NCBI GenBank assembly: GCA_036497365.1
Contig: DASXJN010000054.1
Coordinates: forward strand, 1 to 52,523
Source: Jatrophihabitantaceae bacterium
GTDB taxonomy: Bacteria > Actinomycetota > Actinomycetes > Mycobacteriales > Jatrophihabitantaceae
Direction: 5' to 3'
Length of the DNA stretch: 52,523 bases
Positions 1 through 8,860 of the stretch are shown here, one piece after another. Made by a program: the position numbers and the translations under genes. The stretch's first letter is position 1. Each line of letters opens with the position of its first letter. The notes under the pieces are model-generated. The model was given only the letters and a program-made list of their open reading frames with translations. It was not told the DNA's origin and did not search any database.

Positions 1-72
1 CGCCGGCACGCACCTCGTGCGGCTCCGGCCGCATCGCAAGTTCGAACCGAACGACCGGACCCTGGCTGCTCG

Positions 73-405
73 TTATGGAGCGCCTCGATCAGCCGCATCC
101 TCGATCGGCATCACTTGATCCAGCCCGGTGAGGTCGAGCAGCTGTCGCACCCGCTCGGGAACGCTGCGCAGCACCATGGGCAGACCCATTTCGCGACACA
201 GACGCAGCAGGTCCACGAGCAGGCTGAGGCCGCTCGAGTCGAGCATCTCGACATGCTCGAAGTCGACAACGAAGCTTTCGACGTCCGCGTCGGCGAGCAG
301 TTGCTCGGCCTCGGCGCGAAACGCGTCCTCGGTGAAGAAGTCGACGTCGCCGCGCAGGCTGAGCACGGCCGCGCGCGGCGTTTCCGATGTCGAGGGCGTC
401 GTCAT
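73..405 (-). CDS. STAS-domain anti-sigma-factor antagonist (SpoIIAA/RsbV-like), copy 2
   Basis: ORF 73..522(-). The internal ATG at 405 gives ~110 aa. 'VEMLDSSGLSLLVDLL' matches the STAS phosphoserine loop (DSSGL). A 16-nt gap separates it from the upstream paralogue. Confidence 0.8.
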   Translation of the reverse strand: MTTPSTSETPRAAVLSLRGDVDFFTEDAFRAEAEQLLADADVESFVVDFEHVEMLDSSGLSLLVDLLRLCREMGLPMVLRSVPERVRQLLDLTGLDQVMPIEDAADRGAP

Positions 406-421
406 GTCTGCGGGTTGCCGA

Positions 422-727
422 TCAGCGCTGCTCGATCGTGAACACACGGTGCAAGCCAGTGCGCTTGAGCAGCGCGTCAGCTCTCGGCGGGACATTCGCA
501 AGCACCATCGCCAACCCGGCATCGCGCGTCGTGCTGTGCAGATGTACCAGCAGGCCGAGGCCGCTCGAGTCGATGGTCTCGACGCCTGCCATGTCGGCGA
601 TCAGCGCCTTCGCGCCGGTCGCGGCGATGATCTCGTCTGCCGCGCTTCTGTAGTCGCCCTGGGTCAATGCGTCGACGTCGCCTACCAGACGGAGGACGGC
701 CGGCTCTTCCATCCCTCCCGTTGCCAT
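422..727 (-). CDS. STAS-domain anti-sigma-factor antagonist, copy 1
   Basis: ORF 422..886(-). 'VETIDSSGLGLLVHL' is the STAS motif. The start is uncertain, with ATGs at 727, 763 and 712. I chose 727 by alignment of 'PAVLRLVGDVD' with copy 2. Confidence 0.78.
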   Translation of the reverse strand: MATGGMEEPAVLRLVGDVDALTQGDYRSAADEIIAATGAKALIADMAGVETIDSSGLGLLVHLHSTTRDAGLAMVLANVPPRADALLKRTGLHRVFTIEQR

Positions 728-792
728 GTTTTCGACTGTATCGGGCACGGCGCACAGCGTCATCGACGTGTCCCATGCCGTGGTCCGCGCGC

Positions 793-1215
793 TCATCCGC
801 GGACGACTTCCAAAATCGGTGACCGCGGTGGGATGGTCACCTCGGCCCAGACCTGCTTCGTACCCTTCTGCGTCGCGACGCCCCACTCCGTACTCAGCGC
901 GGCGACGATGAGCAACCCCCGGCCCTTCGTGTCCTCCGGCCCGGGCGTGACCGGGGCGACCGTCCCGGACGCATCGTCGGTCACCTCGATCCGCACCGAG
1001 GTCGGCCCGAGTCCCAGATAGAGCTCGATCTCGGACGAGCCGGCTGTGACCGCGTTGGTGACCAGTTCGCTGGCGATCGCCGCCGCGTCCTGCACCGCCT
1101 CGTCGACGTCGGACCGCCCGTCGAGCACCGACGCCAGGCGGCGCGTACAGAAGTTGCGTGCCTGGCCCACGGAGAGCGGGTGCGGACGGAGCGGCTTGAC
1201 GACCTCCCAGGCCAT
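793..1215 (-). CDS. Anti-sigma regulatory factor, serine/threonine kinase (RsbW/SpoIIAB-like HATPase_c)
   Basis: ORF 793..1275(-). 'ASELVTNAV...IRIEVTDDASG...GRGLLIVAALSTEWGV' is typical of the N-box/G-box region of HATPase anti-sigma kinases. The start is probably the ATG at 1215. Confidence 0.75.
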   Translation of the reverse strand: MAWEVVKPLRPHPLSVGQARNFCTRRLASVLDGRSDVDEAVQDAAAIASELVTNAVTAGSSEIELYLGLGPTSVRIEVTDDASGTVAPVTPGPEDTKGRGLLIVAALSTEWGVATQKGTKQVWAEVTIPPRSPILEVVRG

Positions 1216-1338
1216 GTCCGCTCCGATCGAAGGATTCGTCCGGGGCTGATGCGGGCGCACCACATGCCGCACCATCTGCCCTGTCCAGATCGTGCTACCC
1301 GGCCGACAAGGCGTCCAATCGGAAGTGCGGGGAACGCC

Positions 1339-1734
1339 TCAGGTGGTTTCGCCGTCGCGCGGACCGTTGGGGTCCTGGTCGTGGGACTGTTCGCGCGCCC
1401 GGCGACGCTGCTCCTCGGCCCGCTTGCGCAGACCGGCGAGGAACTCGTCGTCGTCGTCCGGATTGCTCGGCACGTAGCGGCCGGGCCGGTCGTACTCGGG
1501 AAAGCGTCCGGAAGCACCGCGCGGCTTCTGCGCAGCTGCCGAGGTGCGGTCCCACGGCCGGCCGGCGACCAACCACGCGATCGACCCGATCAGCGAGAAC
1601 AGCAGGACGATGAAGACCCAGGCGAGCTTCGGCAGGTTGCGGCAGGCGTACTCAGGCGTCATCAACACGTCGATGAAGCAGAACACCCACAAACCGAGCA
1701 GGATCAGCCCGCCCAGTCCGTCGAAGTAGAGCAT
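1339..1734 (-). CDS. Small membrane protein with a PLD-nuclease N-terminal-type (PLDc_N) domain
   Basis: This is the C-terminal 131 codons of ORF 1339..2310(-), from the ATG at 1734. It has two TM helices ('GLILLGLWVFCFIDVL', 'LAWVFIVLLFSLIGSIAWLVAGRP') and then an acidic/basic tail. The upstream part of the ORF overlaps the Nif3 gene and has a non-coding-like composition. Confidence 0.6.
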   Translation of the reverse strand: MLYFDGLGGLILLGLWVFCFIDVLMTPEYACRNLPKLAWVFIVLLFSLIGSIAWLVAGRPWDRTSAAAQKPRGASGRFPEYDRPGRYVPSNPDDDDEFLAGLRKRAEEQRRRAREQSHDQDPNGPRDGETT

Positions 1735-1822
1735 GCCGCCTCCCACACAATCGATCTCGGATTCACTACGGTAACGCGTCCCGCCAGCCGGTCGCTCCCG
1801 AGCCGGGCGGTAAGTTCCACCC

Positions 1823-2995
1823 GTGCCGCGCCTTGCCGAGATTCGGTCCGTGCTGGACGGCTGGTTCGACCCCGATTGGGCCGAATCGTGGGACGCCGTC
1901 GGGCTGGTCTGTGGCGATCCCGGCGATTCGGTCGAGCGCATAGTCCTAGCGGTCGATCCGGTGCCGGTCACCGTCGACGAGACGATCGCGCGAGGAGCCC
2001 AGCTGTTGGTGACCCACCACCCGCTGCTGCTCTCCGGGGTGCACGGCATACCCGTCGACGACCCCAAGGGCGCGCTTGTCCATCGCATGATCCGCAACGG
2101 TGTCGCCCACCTCGTGGCGCACACCAACGCCGACGTGGCCGATCCCGGAGTCTCGGACGCCCTGGCCGAGCGGCTCGGGCTGCGGGACCTGCGCGTCCTC
2201 GAGCCGCAGGACGGCGAAGCCGTCGACAAGCTGGTCGTCTTCGTCCCTGTCTCGCGTGCCGACCGGCTCATCGACGCACTCGCCGCAGCAGGTGCGGGCG
2301 GCATCGGCAACTACGACCGGTGCGCCTGGACGACCGAGGGCACCGGCACGTTCCGTCCACTGCCCGGCGCCGACCCGGCTATCGGCACCGTCGGAGCGAT
2401 CGAGGTGGTACCCGAGGCCCGAGTCGAGATGGTCGTGCCGGCCCGCCGCCGGGCCGCGGTCGTGGCCGCGCTGCGCGACGGGCATCCCTACGAGGAGCCG
2501 GCGTTCGATCTGCTTGCGCAGGCGCCGCTGCCGTCCCGCCGCGGGTCCGGACGGATCGGCGCGCTGCCCGCGCCGATCACGCTGCGCGAGTTCGCCGGCG
2601 TCGCCGCCGAGCGCCTGCCGGCGACCGCGTGGGGGGTGCGCGCCGCGGGCGATCCAGGTCGGCCGATCAGCACGGTTGCCGTGGCCGGTGGTTCCGGCGG
2701 ATACCTGGCCGCGACCGCTCGCGCCGCCGGCGCGGACGTGCTGCTCACCGCCGATCTCAAGCACCATGCCACGGTCGAGGAGGTCGACGAACGGGGTGGC
2801 GATGGCATCGCCTTGGTCGACGCGGCGCACTGGGCGACCGAGGCACCGTGGCTCGATGCCCTGGCCCTGCGCCTGGCCGACCACTTCGGCACTAGCGTGG
2901 ATGTGCACGTCTCACGCCGGGTCACCGATCCGTGGACGTTGCACGCACCGTCGACGCAGTCGTCGCACCCGTTCCACCCGGAAGGCCGCACGTGA
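1823..2995 (+). CDS. Nif3-like dinuclear metal-centre protein (YbgI/GTP cyclohydrolase 1 type 2 family)
   Basis: 390 aa. 'WDAVGLVCGDP...LLVTHHPLLL...VAHTNADV...DAAHWATE' matches NIF3 conserved blocks. It sits in the conserved Nif3 / Zn-ribbon / RNase H order. Confidence 0.85.
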   Translation: MPRLAEIRSVLDGWFDPDWAESWDAVGLVCGDPGDSVERIVLAVDPVPVTVDETIARGAQLLVTHHPLLLSGVHGIPVDDPKGALVHRMIRNGVAHLVAHTNADVADPGVSDALAERLGLRDLRVLEPQDGEAVDKLVVFVPVSRADRLIDALAAAGAGGIGNYDRCAWTTEGTGTFRPLPGADPAIGTVGAIEVVPEARVEMVVPARRRAAVVAALRDGHPYEEPAFDLLAQAPLPSRRGSGRIGALPAPITLREFAGVAAERLPATAWGVRAAGDPGRPISTVAVAGGSGGYLAATARAAGADVLLTADLKHHATVEEVDERGGDGIALVDAAHWATEAPWLDALALRLADHFGTSVDVHVSRRVTDPWTLHAPSTQSSHPFHPEGRT

Positions 2996-3732
2996 ACGCA
3001 GACCCCGCCGCCCAACTACGGCTGCTCGACCTGCAGGCGGCGGACACCGCCCTGGCGCAGCTCGCGCACCGGCGCCGCACGCTGCCGGAACTGGCGGCGC
3101 TCGCGGAACGCGAACAGCGCGCGGCTGACCTGGCCAACGACCTCATCGATGCCGAGACACGCGCGTCAGACGTTGCCGATGAGCAGAACCGGCTGGAGAA
3201 GGAGGTCGACACAGTGCGGGCCCGCGCCGCTCGGGACGAGCAACGTCTGCAAGCCGGTGGATTGCCGGCCAAGGAGTTGGAGGGTCTGCAACACGAAGTC
3301 GCGACGCTCGCGCGGCGGCAGTCGACTCTCGAGGACAACGTGCTCGAGGTGATGGAGCAGCGTGAGGAGGTCGATGCGGCTCTGGCCGAACTGGTGGCGC
3401 AGCGCACCGTCCTGCAGGGCGAACAAGCCGAGCTGGAAGCGGCGCGCGACAAGGCGTTCGTCGAGATCGAGGCTTCGGTCGGCGAGCGCACCGCTGAGCG
3501 CACGACGGTCGCGGGACAGATCCCGGCGGACCTGTTGAGCCTCTACGAGCGTGCACGCGAACACGGCGGCGGAGTCGGCGCCGCCATGCTGCGGCAGCGC
3601 CGCTGCGAGGGCTGCCGGATCGAGCTCGCCGGCAGCGAACTGTCTGCCGTGCGTACTGCCGCGCCGGACGAGGTGGTGCGGTGTGACAACTGCCGCCGGA
3701 TCCTGGTGCGGACGGACGAGTCCGGTATATGA
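2992..3732 (+). CDS. Coiled-coil C4-type zinc-ribbon protein (COG1579/DUF164-like)
   Basis: The GTG at 2992 overlaps the Nif3 stop (GTGA). It has long heptad-like E/R/A/L-rich coils and ends with 'CEGCRIEL...VRCDNCRRILV' (two CxxC pairs). Confidence 0.8.
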   Translation: MNADPAAQLRLLDLQAADTALAQLAHRRRTLPELAALAEREQRAADLANDLIDAETRASDVADEQNRLEKEVDTVRARAARDEQRLQAGGLPAKELEGLQHEVATLARRQSTLEDNVLEVMEQREEVDAALAELVAQRTVLQGEQAELEAARDKAFVEIEASVGERTAERTTVAGQIPADLLSLYERAREHGGGVGAAMLRQRRCEGCRIELAGSELSAVRTAAPDEVVRCDNCRRILVRTDESGI

Positions 3733-4844
3733 CTGATGGTCTTCGCGTCGTCGTCGAGGCCGACGGCGGGTCGCGCGGCAATCCCGGTCCGGCCGGCTAC
3801 GGCGCGGTCGTGCTCGACTCCGGCGCAGACGAGGTGCTGGCCGAACGCAGCGATTCGATCGGCGTGGACACCAACAACGTCGCTGAGTACCGCGGCCTGA
3901 TCGCCGGCCTCGAAGCAGCGGCCGAAATCGGCGCCGAATCCGTCGCGGTGCGGATGGATTCGAATCTTGTCGTGCAGCAGATGAACGGCGCGTGGCGGAT
4001 CAACAAGCCGGAGCTGCGCGCACTCGCGGCGCGCGCGAACGAACTCCGGCGCGCGTTCGCCGAGGTCACCTTCGCGTGGATACCGCGCGCGCAGAACGCG
4101 CGCGCCGACGCGCTCGCCAACGCGGCGATGGACGCAGCGGCCGGCAAACCGCCGCGGGCGCGGGCGACATCGCCGAAGGCGCCGCTGGCGGCAGGCCAGT
4201 CGTGGACGCCACCGACGGGTCCGCGCACCCGGCTGGTCATCGTGCGGCACGGCGCGACCGAGCACTCGGCCGACAATCGGTTCTCCGGCCACAACGACCT
4301 GCCGTTGAACGCGCGAGGCCGAGCGCAGGCCGCTGCACTCGCGGCGCGGGAATTCCCCGATGTCGCCGCGGTGGTGACGTCACCGATCCGTCGGGCACAC
4401 GAAACCGCTGAACGGCTGGCCGGCGCGCTGCGCGTGCCGTTGTCGGTGAACGACGACTTCGCTGAACTCGACTTCGGCGTCTTCGAAGGACTCACCCTGG
4501 CCGAGGCGAGTGAGCGGCACCCGGAGGCACTTGCGGCGTGGACGGCATCGCCCGACACCGCACCGCCCGGCGGGGAGTCGTTCGCCGAACTCGCGCAGCG
4601 GGTGCGGCGCGGGCGCGACACGATCGTCGGCCGGTTCCCGGACGCGACGGTCGCCGTGGTCACGCACGTGACCCCGATCAAGATGCTCGTCCGCGCAGCG
4701 CTCGATGCACCGTTGTCGAGCATCTACCGGATGTACCTCGACACCGCGTCGGTGAGCATCGTCGACTATCTCGCCGACGGCGCTGCGGCGCTGCGCCTGT
4801 TCAACGACACGTCCCACGACACCTCTCACGCGCCGAGCAGCTGA
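3729..4844 (+). CDS. Bifunctional RNase H / histidine-phosphatase (acid phosphatase, CobC-like) protein
   Basis: ATGA overlap with the upstream gene. The N-terminus 'VVEADGGSRGNPGPAGYG...NNVAEYRGL' is an RNase HI fold. The C-terminus 'RLVIVRHGATEHS...RFSGHNDLPLN..RG' carries the RHG histidine-phosphatase motif. It resembles M. tuberculosis Rv2228c. Confidence 0.85.
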   Translation: MTDGLRVVVEADGGSRGNPGPAGYGAVVLDSGADEVLAERSDSIGVDTNNVAEYRGLIAGLEAAAEIGAESVAVRMDSNLVVQQMNGAWRINKPELRALAARANELRRAFAEVTFAWIPRAQNARADALANAAMDAAAGKPPRARATSPKAPLAAGQSWTPPTGPRTRLVIVRHGATEHSADNRFSGHNDLPLNARGRAQAAALAAREFPDVAAVVTSPIRRAHETAERLAGALRVPLSVNDDFAELDFGVFEGLTLAEASERHPEALAAWTASPDTAPPGGESFAELAQRVRRGRDTIVGRFPDATVAVVTHVTPIKMLVRAALDAPLSSIYRMYLDTASVSIVDYLADGAAALRLFNDTSHDTSHAPSS

Positions 4845-6073
4845 CCGCCGGCCCACAGCGCCAACGTCGTTGCGGCCAGCATGGCCGGCACGGTCAGCAG
4901 GCCGAGCAGGTGGAACTGCCGAGCACTCGGCTTCGCGTCGTCGGGCAGCAACCGCCGCCACAACAGAGTGGCGAGCGATCCGCCGTAGGTCGCATTCGGC
5001 CCGATGTTCACTCCGAGCAGCATCGCCAGCAGGAGCAGCGGTTGACCGGTCACGAGCGGGACGAGTGCCAGTGTCGCCGGCAGATTGTTCACGAGGTTCG
5101 CCAGCACTGCTGAAAGGAACGTGACCGCGAACAGTGCGGGCAACCCTGAGCCGTCCGGCACCAGTTGCTGCAGCTCATGACCGAGGCCGTGCCGCGTCAC
5201 CCCGTCGACGATGATTGCGAGTGCGAGGACGAACAGGCAGAAACCCGGGCTGGCTTCCTGCGCCAGGCGCAGCGGTTGCATCGAGCGATCCCGCACCCGG
5301 GGAAGGAGGAGTAGCAGGCATCCCCCGACCGCTGCCCACGCCGGGCTCTCGCCGAAGGAGGAGGTGAGTACGAACCCGACGATGGTGACCGCGAGCACGG
5401 TCAGCGCATACCGCGGCGCGGGGGTGAGGTCGGCATCGGCCGGCCTGGGTTGCTCCGGCAGGTCGCTTCGGAAGAACGTGCGCAGCCCGAGCCACTCGGC
5501 CGCACACGCGACCAGCCAAGGCAGCACCATCAGCCCCGCGAACCGTCCGAATGACAGGCCGCTCGCACCGAACGCGAGCAGGTTCGTCAGGTTCGACACC
5601 GGAAGCAACAACGAGCCGCTGTTCGCGAGATGCGTGCAGGCATAGGCATGTGGACGAACCGGCGCGCGTAGGCGACGAGCGGTCGCCAGCACGACGGGCG
5701 TCAACAGCACAACCGTCGCGTCGAGGGTGAGCACAACCGTCACTGATGCGGCCAGCCCGACGACAACGACGAGCAATCGGCGTGCCCGTCCGCCGCTGTA
5801 TCGAGCGGCGCGCATGCCCAGGTAGTCGAAGACCCCGGCTTCGGCACAGAGATTGCCGAACACCAGGATGGCGGCGAGGAATCCGACCGTCGGGCCGATC
5901 TCGCGCAGCCGGTCCAGCGCCTCATGCCCGCCGACGATGCCGAGCGCAGTCACCAGAGCGGCACCGGGAACCGCGACCACCGCTTCGCTCAGGCCCCGCG
6001 GACGCACGACCGCAGTGACCAGGCTCAAGGCGAGAACGGCGACGGCGACCGCTTCCGCCCCGGCGCCGTTCAC
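4826..6073 (-). CDS. ArsB/NhaD (SLC13-type) anion permease
   Basis: This is the polytopic membrane part of ORF 4826..6451(-). GTG starts lie at 6073 and 6082. The first ~125 codons of the tracked ORF are antisense to rnpB and were discarded. 'LANSGSLLLPVSNLTNLL' and 'NIGPNATYGGSLATLLW' are typical ArsB-family loops. Confidence 0.72.
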   Translation of the reverse strand: MNGAGAEAVAVAVLALSLVTAVVRPRGLSEAVVAVPGAALVTALGIVGGHEALDRLREIGPTVGFLAAILVFGNLCAEAGVFDYLGMRAARYSGGRARRLLVVVVGLAASVTVVLTLDATVVLLTPVVLATARRLRAPVRPHAYACTHLANSGSLLLPVSNLTNLLAFGASGLSFGRFAGLMVLPWLVACAAEWLGLRTFFRSDLPEQPRPADADLTPAPRYALTVLAVTIVGFVLTSSFGESPAWAAVGGCLLLLLPRVRDRSMQPLRLAQEASPGFCLFVLALAIIVDGVTRHGLGHELQQLVPDGSGLPALFAVTFLSAVLANLVNNLPATLALVPLVTGQPLLLLAMLLGVNIGPNATYGGSLATLLWRRLLPDDAKPSARQFHLLGLLTVPAMLAATTLALWAGGQLLGA

Positions 6074-6120
6074 GCTCGGCACGCTACCCAGTCGCCGCGA
6101 TCGCGTAGCATTCCAAGCGC

Positions 6121-6524
6121 GGCGGGCGAGCCGGTCGGGCGGCCGCGTCGGAACCTCCGGGTTCCGCCGAGGAAAGTCCGGGCTCCATAGGGCAGGGTGG
6201 TTGCTAACGGCAACCCGGGGCGACCCGCGGGACAGTGCCACAGAAAACAGACCGCCAGCGGCAACGCTGGTAAGGGTGAAACGGCGGTGTAAGAGACCAC
6301 CAGCGTCGTGAGCGATCGCGACGGCTCGGTAAACCCCACCAGGAGCAAGGTCAAGAAGAGCGCACCGGTCCGCCGGGGCGTTCGCGCAGACGTTCGAGGG
6401 CGGCCCGCCCGAGTCTGCGGGTAGACCGCTGGAGCTTGTCGGCAACGGCAAGCCGAGATGGATGGCCGCCGCCGGCGCTTATGCGCCGGCACAGGACCCG
6501 GCTTACAGACTGACTCGCCCGCCG
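6121..6524 (+). ncRNA. rnpB: RNase P RNA, bacterial type A
   Basis: GAGGAAAGTCCGGGCTCC at 6169-6186 is the P4 5' strand. GGTAAGGGTGAAACGGCGGTGTAAGAGACCACC lies at 6269-6301. ACAGGACCCGGCTTACAG at 6491-6508 is the P4 3' strand. Terminal P1 pairing is CGGGCGAG (6123-6130) with CTCGCCCG (6514-6521). The ends are accurate to about +/-5 nt. Confidence 0.88.
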
Positions 6525-6609
6525 CCTCTTCCGGAAAGCCCGGTGCCCGGAATTCTGGCGAAGAACGATCGAGGTAAACGCCGCTAGACGATTAGGCGGA
6601 GCTTTCGAT

Positions 6610-6641
6610 ATGCGCCGGCTGTGCGCACCGGGCCGGCGCAT
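6610..6641. terminator. GC-rich hairpin between rnpB and lsr2 (candidate bidirectional or lsr2 terminator)
   Basis: A 10-bp perfect stem, ATGCGCCGGC (6610-6619) with GCCGGCGCAT (6632-6641), encloses a 12-nt loop. It lies 7 nt beyond the lsr2 stop. There is no clear U-tract. Confidence 0.4.
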
Positions 6642-6647
6642 TCTCGA

Positions 6648-6977
6648 TCAATGGGCGGCGTCGAAAGCCTCGAGTACCTCGGTCGCGACCCGGCCTCGCG
6701 GCGCAACCGAGTAACCGTGTGCGCTTGCCCAGGACCGCACTGCGGACAGGTCGTGCTTGCCCGAGACCCTGGCGCGGCCGCCGCGGGTACGCGATGCACG
6801 TACTTTTCGGGCATGCCCGACGTAGGGCGCCATCACCTTTTCGAATGCCCGGGTGTTGGACTTGGAAAGGTCGATCTCATATGCCGATCCGTCGAATGAG
6901 AACGAGACGGTGCCTTCGGCCCTGGAGCCATCGAGATCATCGGTGTACTCGACGGTCGTCACTACTTTTTTGGCCAC
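6648..6977 (-). CDS. lsr2: Lsr2 nucleoid-associated protein
   Basis: A GTG at 6977 is preceded by GAAGGGA. 'VAKKVVTTVEYTDDLDGS...VSFSFDGSAYEIDLSKSN' plus the C-terminal 'AVRSWASAHGYSVAPRGRVATEVLEAFDAA' closely parallel mycobacterial Lsr2, including the RGR AT-hook. Confidence 0.9.
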   Translation of the reverse strand: MAKKVVTTVEYTDDLDGSRAEGTVSFSFDGSAYEIDLSKSNTRAFEKVMAPYVGHARKVRASRTRGGRARVSGKHDLSAVRSWASAHGYSVAPRGRVATEVLEAFDAAH

Positions 6978-7169
6978 GGGAATCCCTTCATTGAACCGGC
7001 GTCCCAGGAACACACGGTGGTCCGAAGAATGCTAGTCAACAATTTTGGCAAATGCGAGCCGGGTACCAGGAAATATGCCGGAAAGAATGCCTCGCGCGCG
7101 CACAACTTCAGGGGAAGGTCAGGGAAGAACCCGATACCGCAATGGCCCGGCTAGGACGACGCTGTCGGC

Positions 7170-8084
7170 ATGCTCGAAGACGGTATCCAGGCGCGCCACC
7201 TCACCAAGCGGTACGGATCGACGACGGCGGTGGACGATCTGTCCTTCGGCGTCCGGCCCGGGATGGTGACCGGCTTCTTGGGCCCGAACGGTGCAGGCAA
7301 GTCGACGACGATGCGGATGATCCTCGACCTCGATGCGCCGACCGGTGGCTCGGTAACGGTCGCCGGCCGGCGCTACCGTGAGCACCCGCACCCGCTGCAC
7401 GTGGTCGGCGCGGTGCTCGAGTCCCGCGCCATGCATCCCGGGCGCACTGCCTACGACCACCTCCGCGCACTCGCGGAGAGCAACGGGATCGCGTGTCGGC
7501 GCGTCGACGAAGTGCTCGACCTCGTCGGTCTCACGGCGGTGGCCCGCCGCCGGGCGCGCGGCTTCTCGCTCGGCATGAGCCAGCGTCTCGGCCTGGCCGC
7601 CGCCCTACTCGGTGATCCACCGGTGATCCTGTGCGACGAACCCGTGAACGGGCTGGATCCCGAGGGCATCCACTGGATCCGGACGATGCTGCGCAGCCTG
7701 GCCGCGGACGGGCGCACCGTGTTCGTGTCGAGCCATCTGATGAGCGAGATGGCCGAGACCGCCGATCATCTGATCGTCATCGGTCGCGGGCGGCTGATCG
7801 CCGATGCGAGCGTTGCCGAGGTGATCACCAGCGCAGGCCGGGCGACCACCACCGTGCGCACGCCCGACGTCGCGCGCATGGTCGCCCTCGTCGATCGCGC
7901 CGGCGGTGCGGTGACCACCGAGTCGGACGGACGGCTCGTCGTCACCGGATTGACCGCGGCGCAGGTCGGTGATCTCGCTGCGGCGCACGGGGTCGCACTG
8001 CACGAGTTGTCACCAAGCCAACCGTCCCTCGAAGCGGCCTTCCTGGAACTGACCCGAGACGCCGTCGAGTACGGAGCGGCGTGA
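7170..8084 (+). CDS. ABC transporter ATP-binding protein (ABC-2 exporter type)
   Basis: It carries Walker A 'GPNGAGKST', the signature 'LGMSQRLGLA' and Walker B 'VILCDEPVNGLD'. Confidence 0.87.
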   Translation: MLEDGIQARHLTKRYGSTTAVDDLSFGVRPGMVTGFLGPNGAGKSTTMRMILDLDAPTGGSVTVAGRRYREHPHPLHVVGAVLESRAMHPGRTAYDHLRALAESNGIACRRVDEVLDLVGLTAVARRRARGFSLGMSQRLGLAAALLGDPPVILCDEPVNGLDPEGIHWIRTMLRSLAADGRTVFVSSHLMSEMAETADHLIVIGRGRLIADASVAEVITSAGRATTTVRTPDVARMVALVDRAGGAVTTESDGRLVVTGLTAAQVGDLAAAHGVALHELSPSQPSLEAAFLELTRDAVEYGAA

Positions 8085-8848
8085 TGACCACCCTTGTACC
8101 GGTCCTTCGCTCGGAATGGACGAAACTCCGCTCGCTGCGCTCGACGGTGGCCTGCTTCGCCGTCGTCGTACTCGCGATGATCGGCCTGGCCGTGTTCATG
8201 GGTGCGCGTTGGGCACACCAGTCAGGCGCGATCGCGAGTTCCTTCGACGCGACCGACGTGAGCCTCAGCGGCGTGTACATCGCCGAGCTCGTCGTGGGCA
8301 CCCTCGGCGTCCTCGTCATCGCGTCCGAGTACGGGACCGGCCTGATTCGTGCGACGTTCGCGGCGGTGCCGCGTCGCCGGCGGGTGCTGGTTGCGAAGGC
8401 CTCGGTGGTGACCGCCGGTGTGGTGGTCGTCGGCGAACTCGCGAGCTTCGCCTCGTTCACGTTGTGCCAGGCGTTGCTCGAGCACAAGCAGGCCGGCCTT
8501 TCGCTGGCCGATCCCGGCGCACTGCGCGCGGTCGCCGGCTCGGGGCTGTACCTGGGCGCGGTTACCTTGCTGGGGTTCGGCCTCGGCAGCGCGATACGCA
8601 ACACCGCGGGCGCACTGTCGACCTTCTTCGGCGTGATGTTCGTCCCGACCGCGCTCGTCGACCTGCTGCCGACCTCCTGGCGCAATGTCCTGATCAATTA
8701 CATGCCGGCGAACGCCGGCAGCCAGATCTTCACCGTCGATCGCGTCCACGGCGCATTAGGACCTTGGCAGGGTCTCGGTGTGTTCTGCTGTTATGCGGCG
8801 GTCGCGCTGCTGCTCGGAATGGGTTTGGTGAGCGTGCGCGACACCTGA
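8081..8848 (+). CDS. ABC-2 family transporter permease
   Basis: The start (GTG 8081 or ATG 8084) overlaps the ATPase stop. It has six predicted TM segments. 'LRSEWTKLRSLRST' is a typical ABC-2 permease N-terminus. Confidence 0.8.
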   Translation: MMTTLVPVLRSEWTKLRSLRSTVACFAVVVLAMIGLAVFMGARWAHQSGAIASSFDATDVSLSGVYIAELVVGTLGVLVIASEYGTGLIRATFAAVPRRRRVLVAKASVVTAGVVVVGELASFASFTLCQALLEHKQAGLSLADPGALRAVAGSGLYLGAVTLLGFGLGSAIRNTAGALSTFFGVMFVPTALVDLLPTSWRNVLINYMPANAGSQIFTVDRVHGALGPWQGLGVFCCYAAVALLLGMGLVSVRDT

Positions 8849-8860
8849 CTGCGGACGCGG

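Noticed and set aside
30-60. A tRNA-like T-loop string (GTTCGAACC) near the window start.
   Set aside because: The flanking bases do not form a T-stem or any cloverleaf. It is a chance match.
1180-2895. The 571-aa plus-strand ORF, together with other very long ORFs: 44964..47129(+), 20081..21688(-), 23252..24415(-), 12544..14046(+), 38212..39519(+), 9259..10560(-), 36026..37264(-) and 50471..51814(-).
   Set aside because: All lie antisense to, or out of frame with, genes that have strong family signatures. Their translations are dominated by Arg, Gly, Pro, Ala and Asp runs, which is typical of stop-poor alternative frames in high-GC DNA.
6074-6451. The N-terminal ~125 codons of the 541-aa ORF 4826..6451(-).
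   Set aside because: They are antisense to the clearly recognisable RNase P RNA. The translation is Pro/Arg/Ser-rich with no permease character, and good GTG starts exist at 6073 and 6082.
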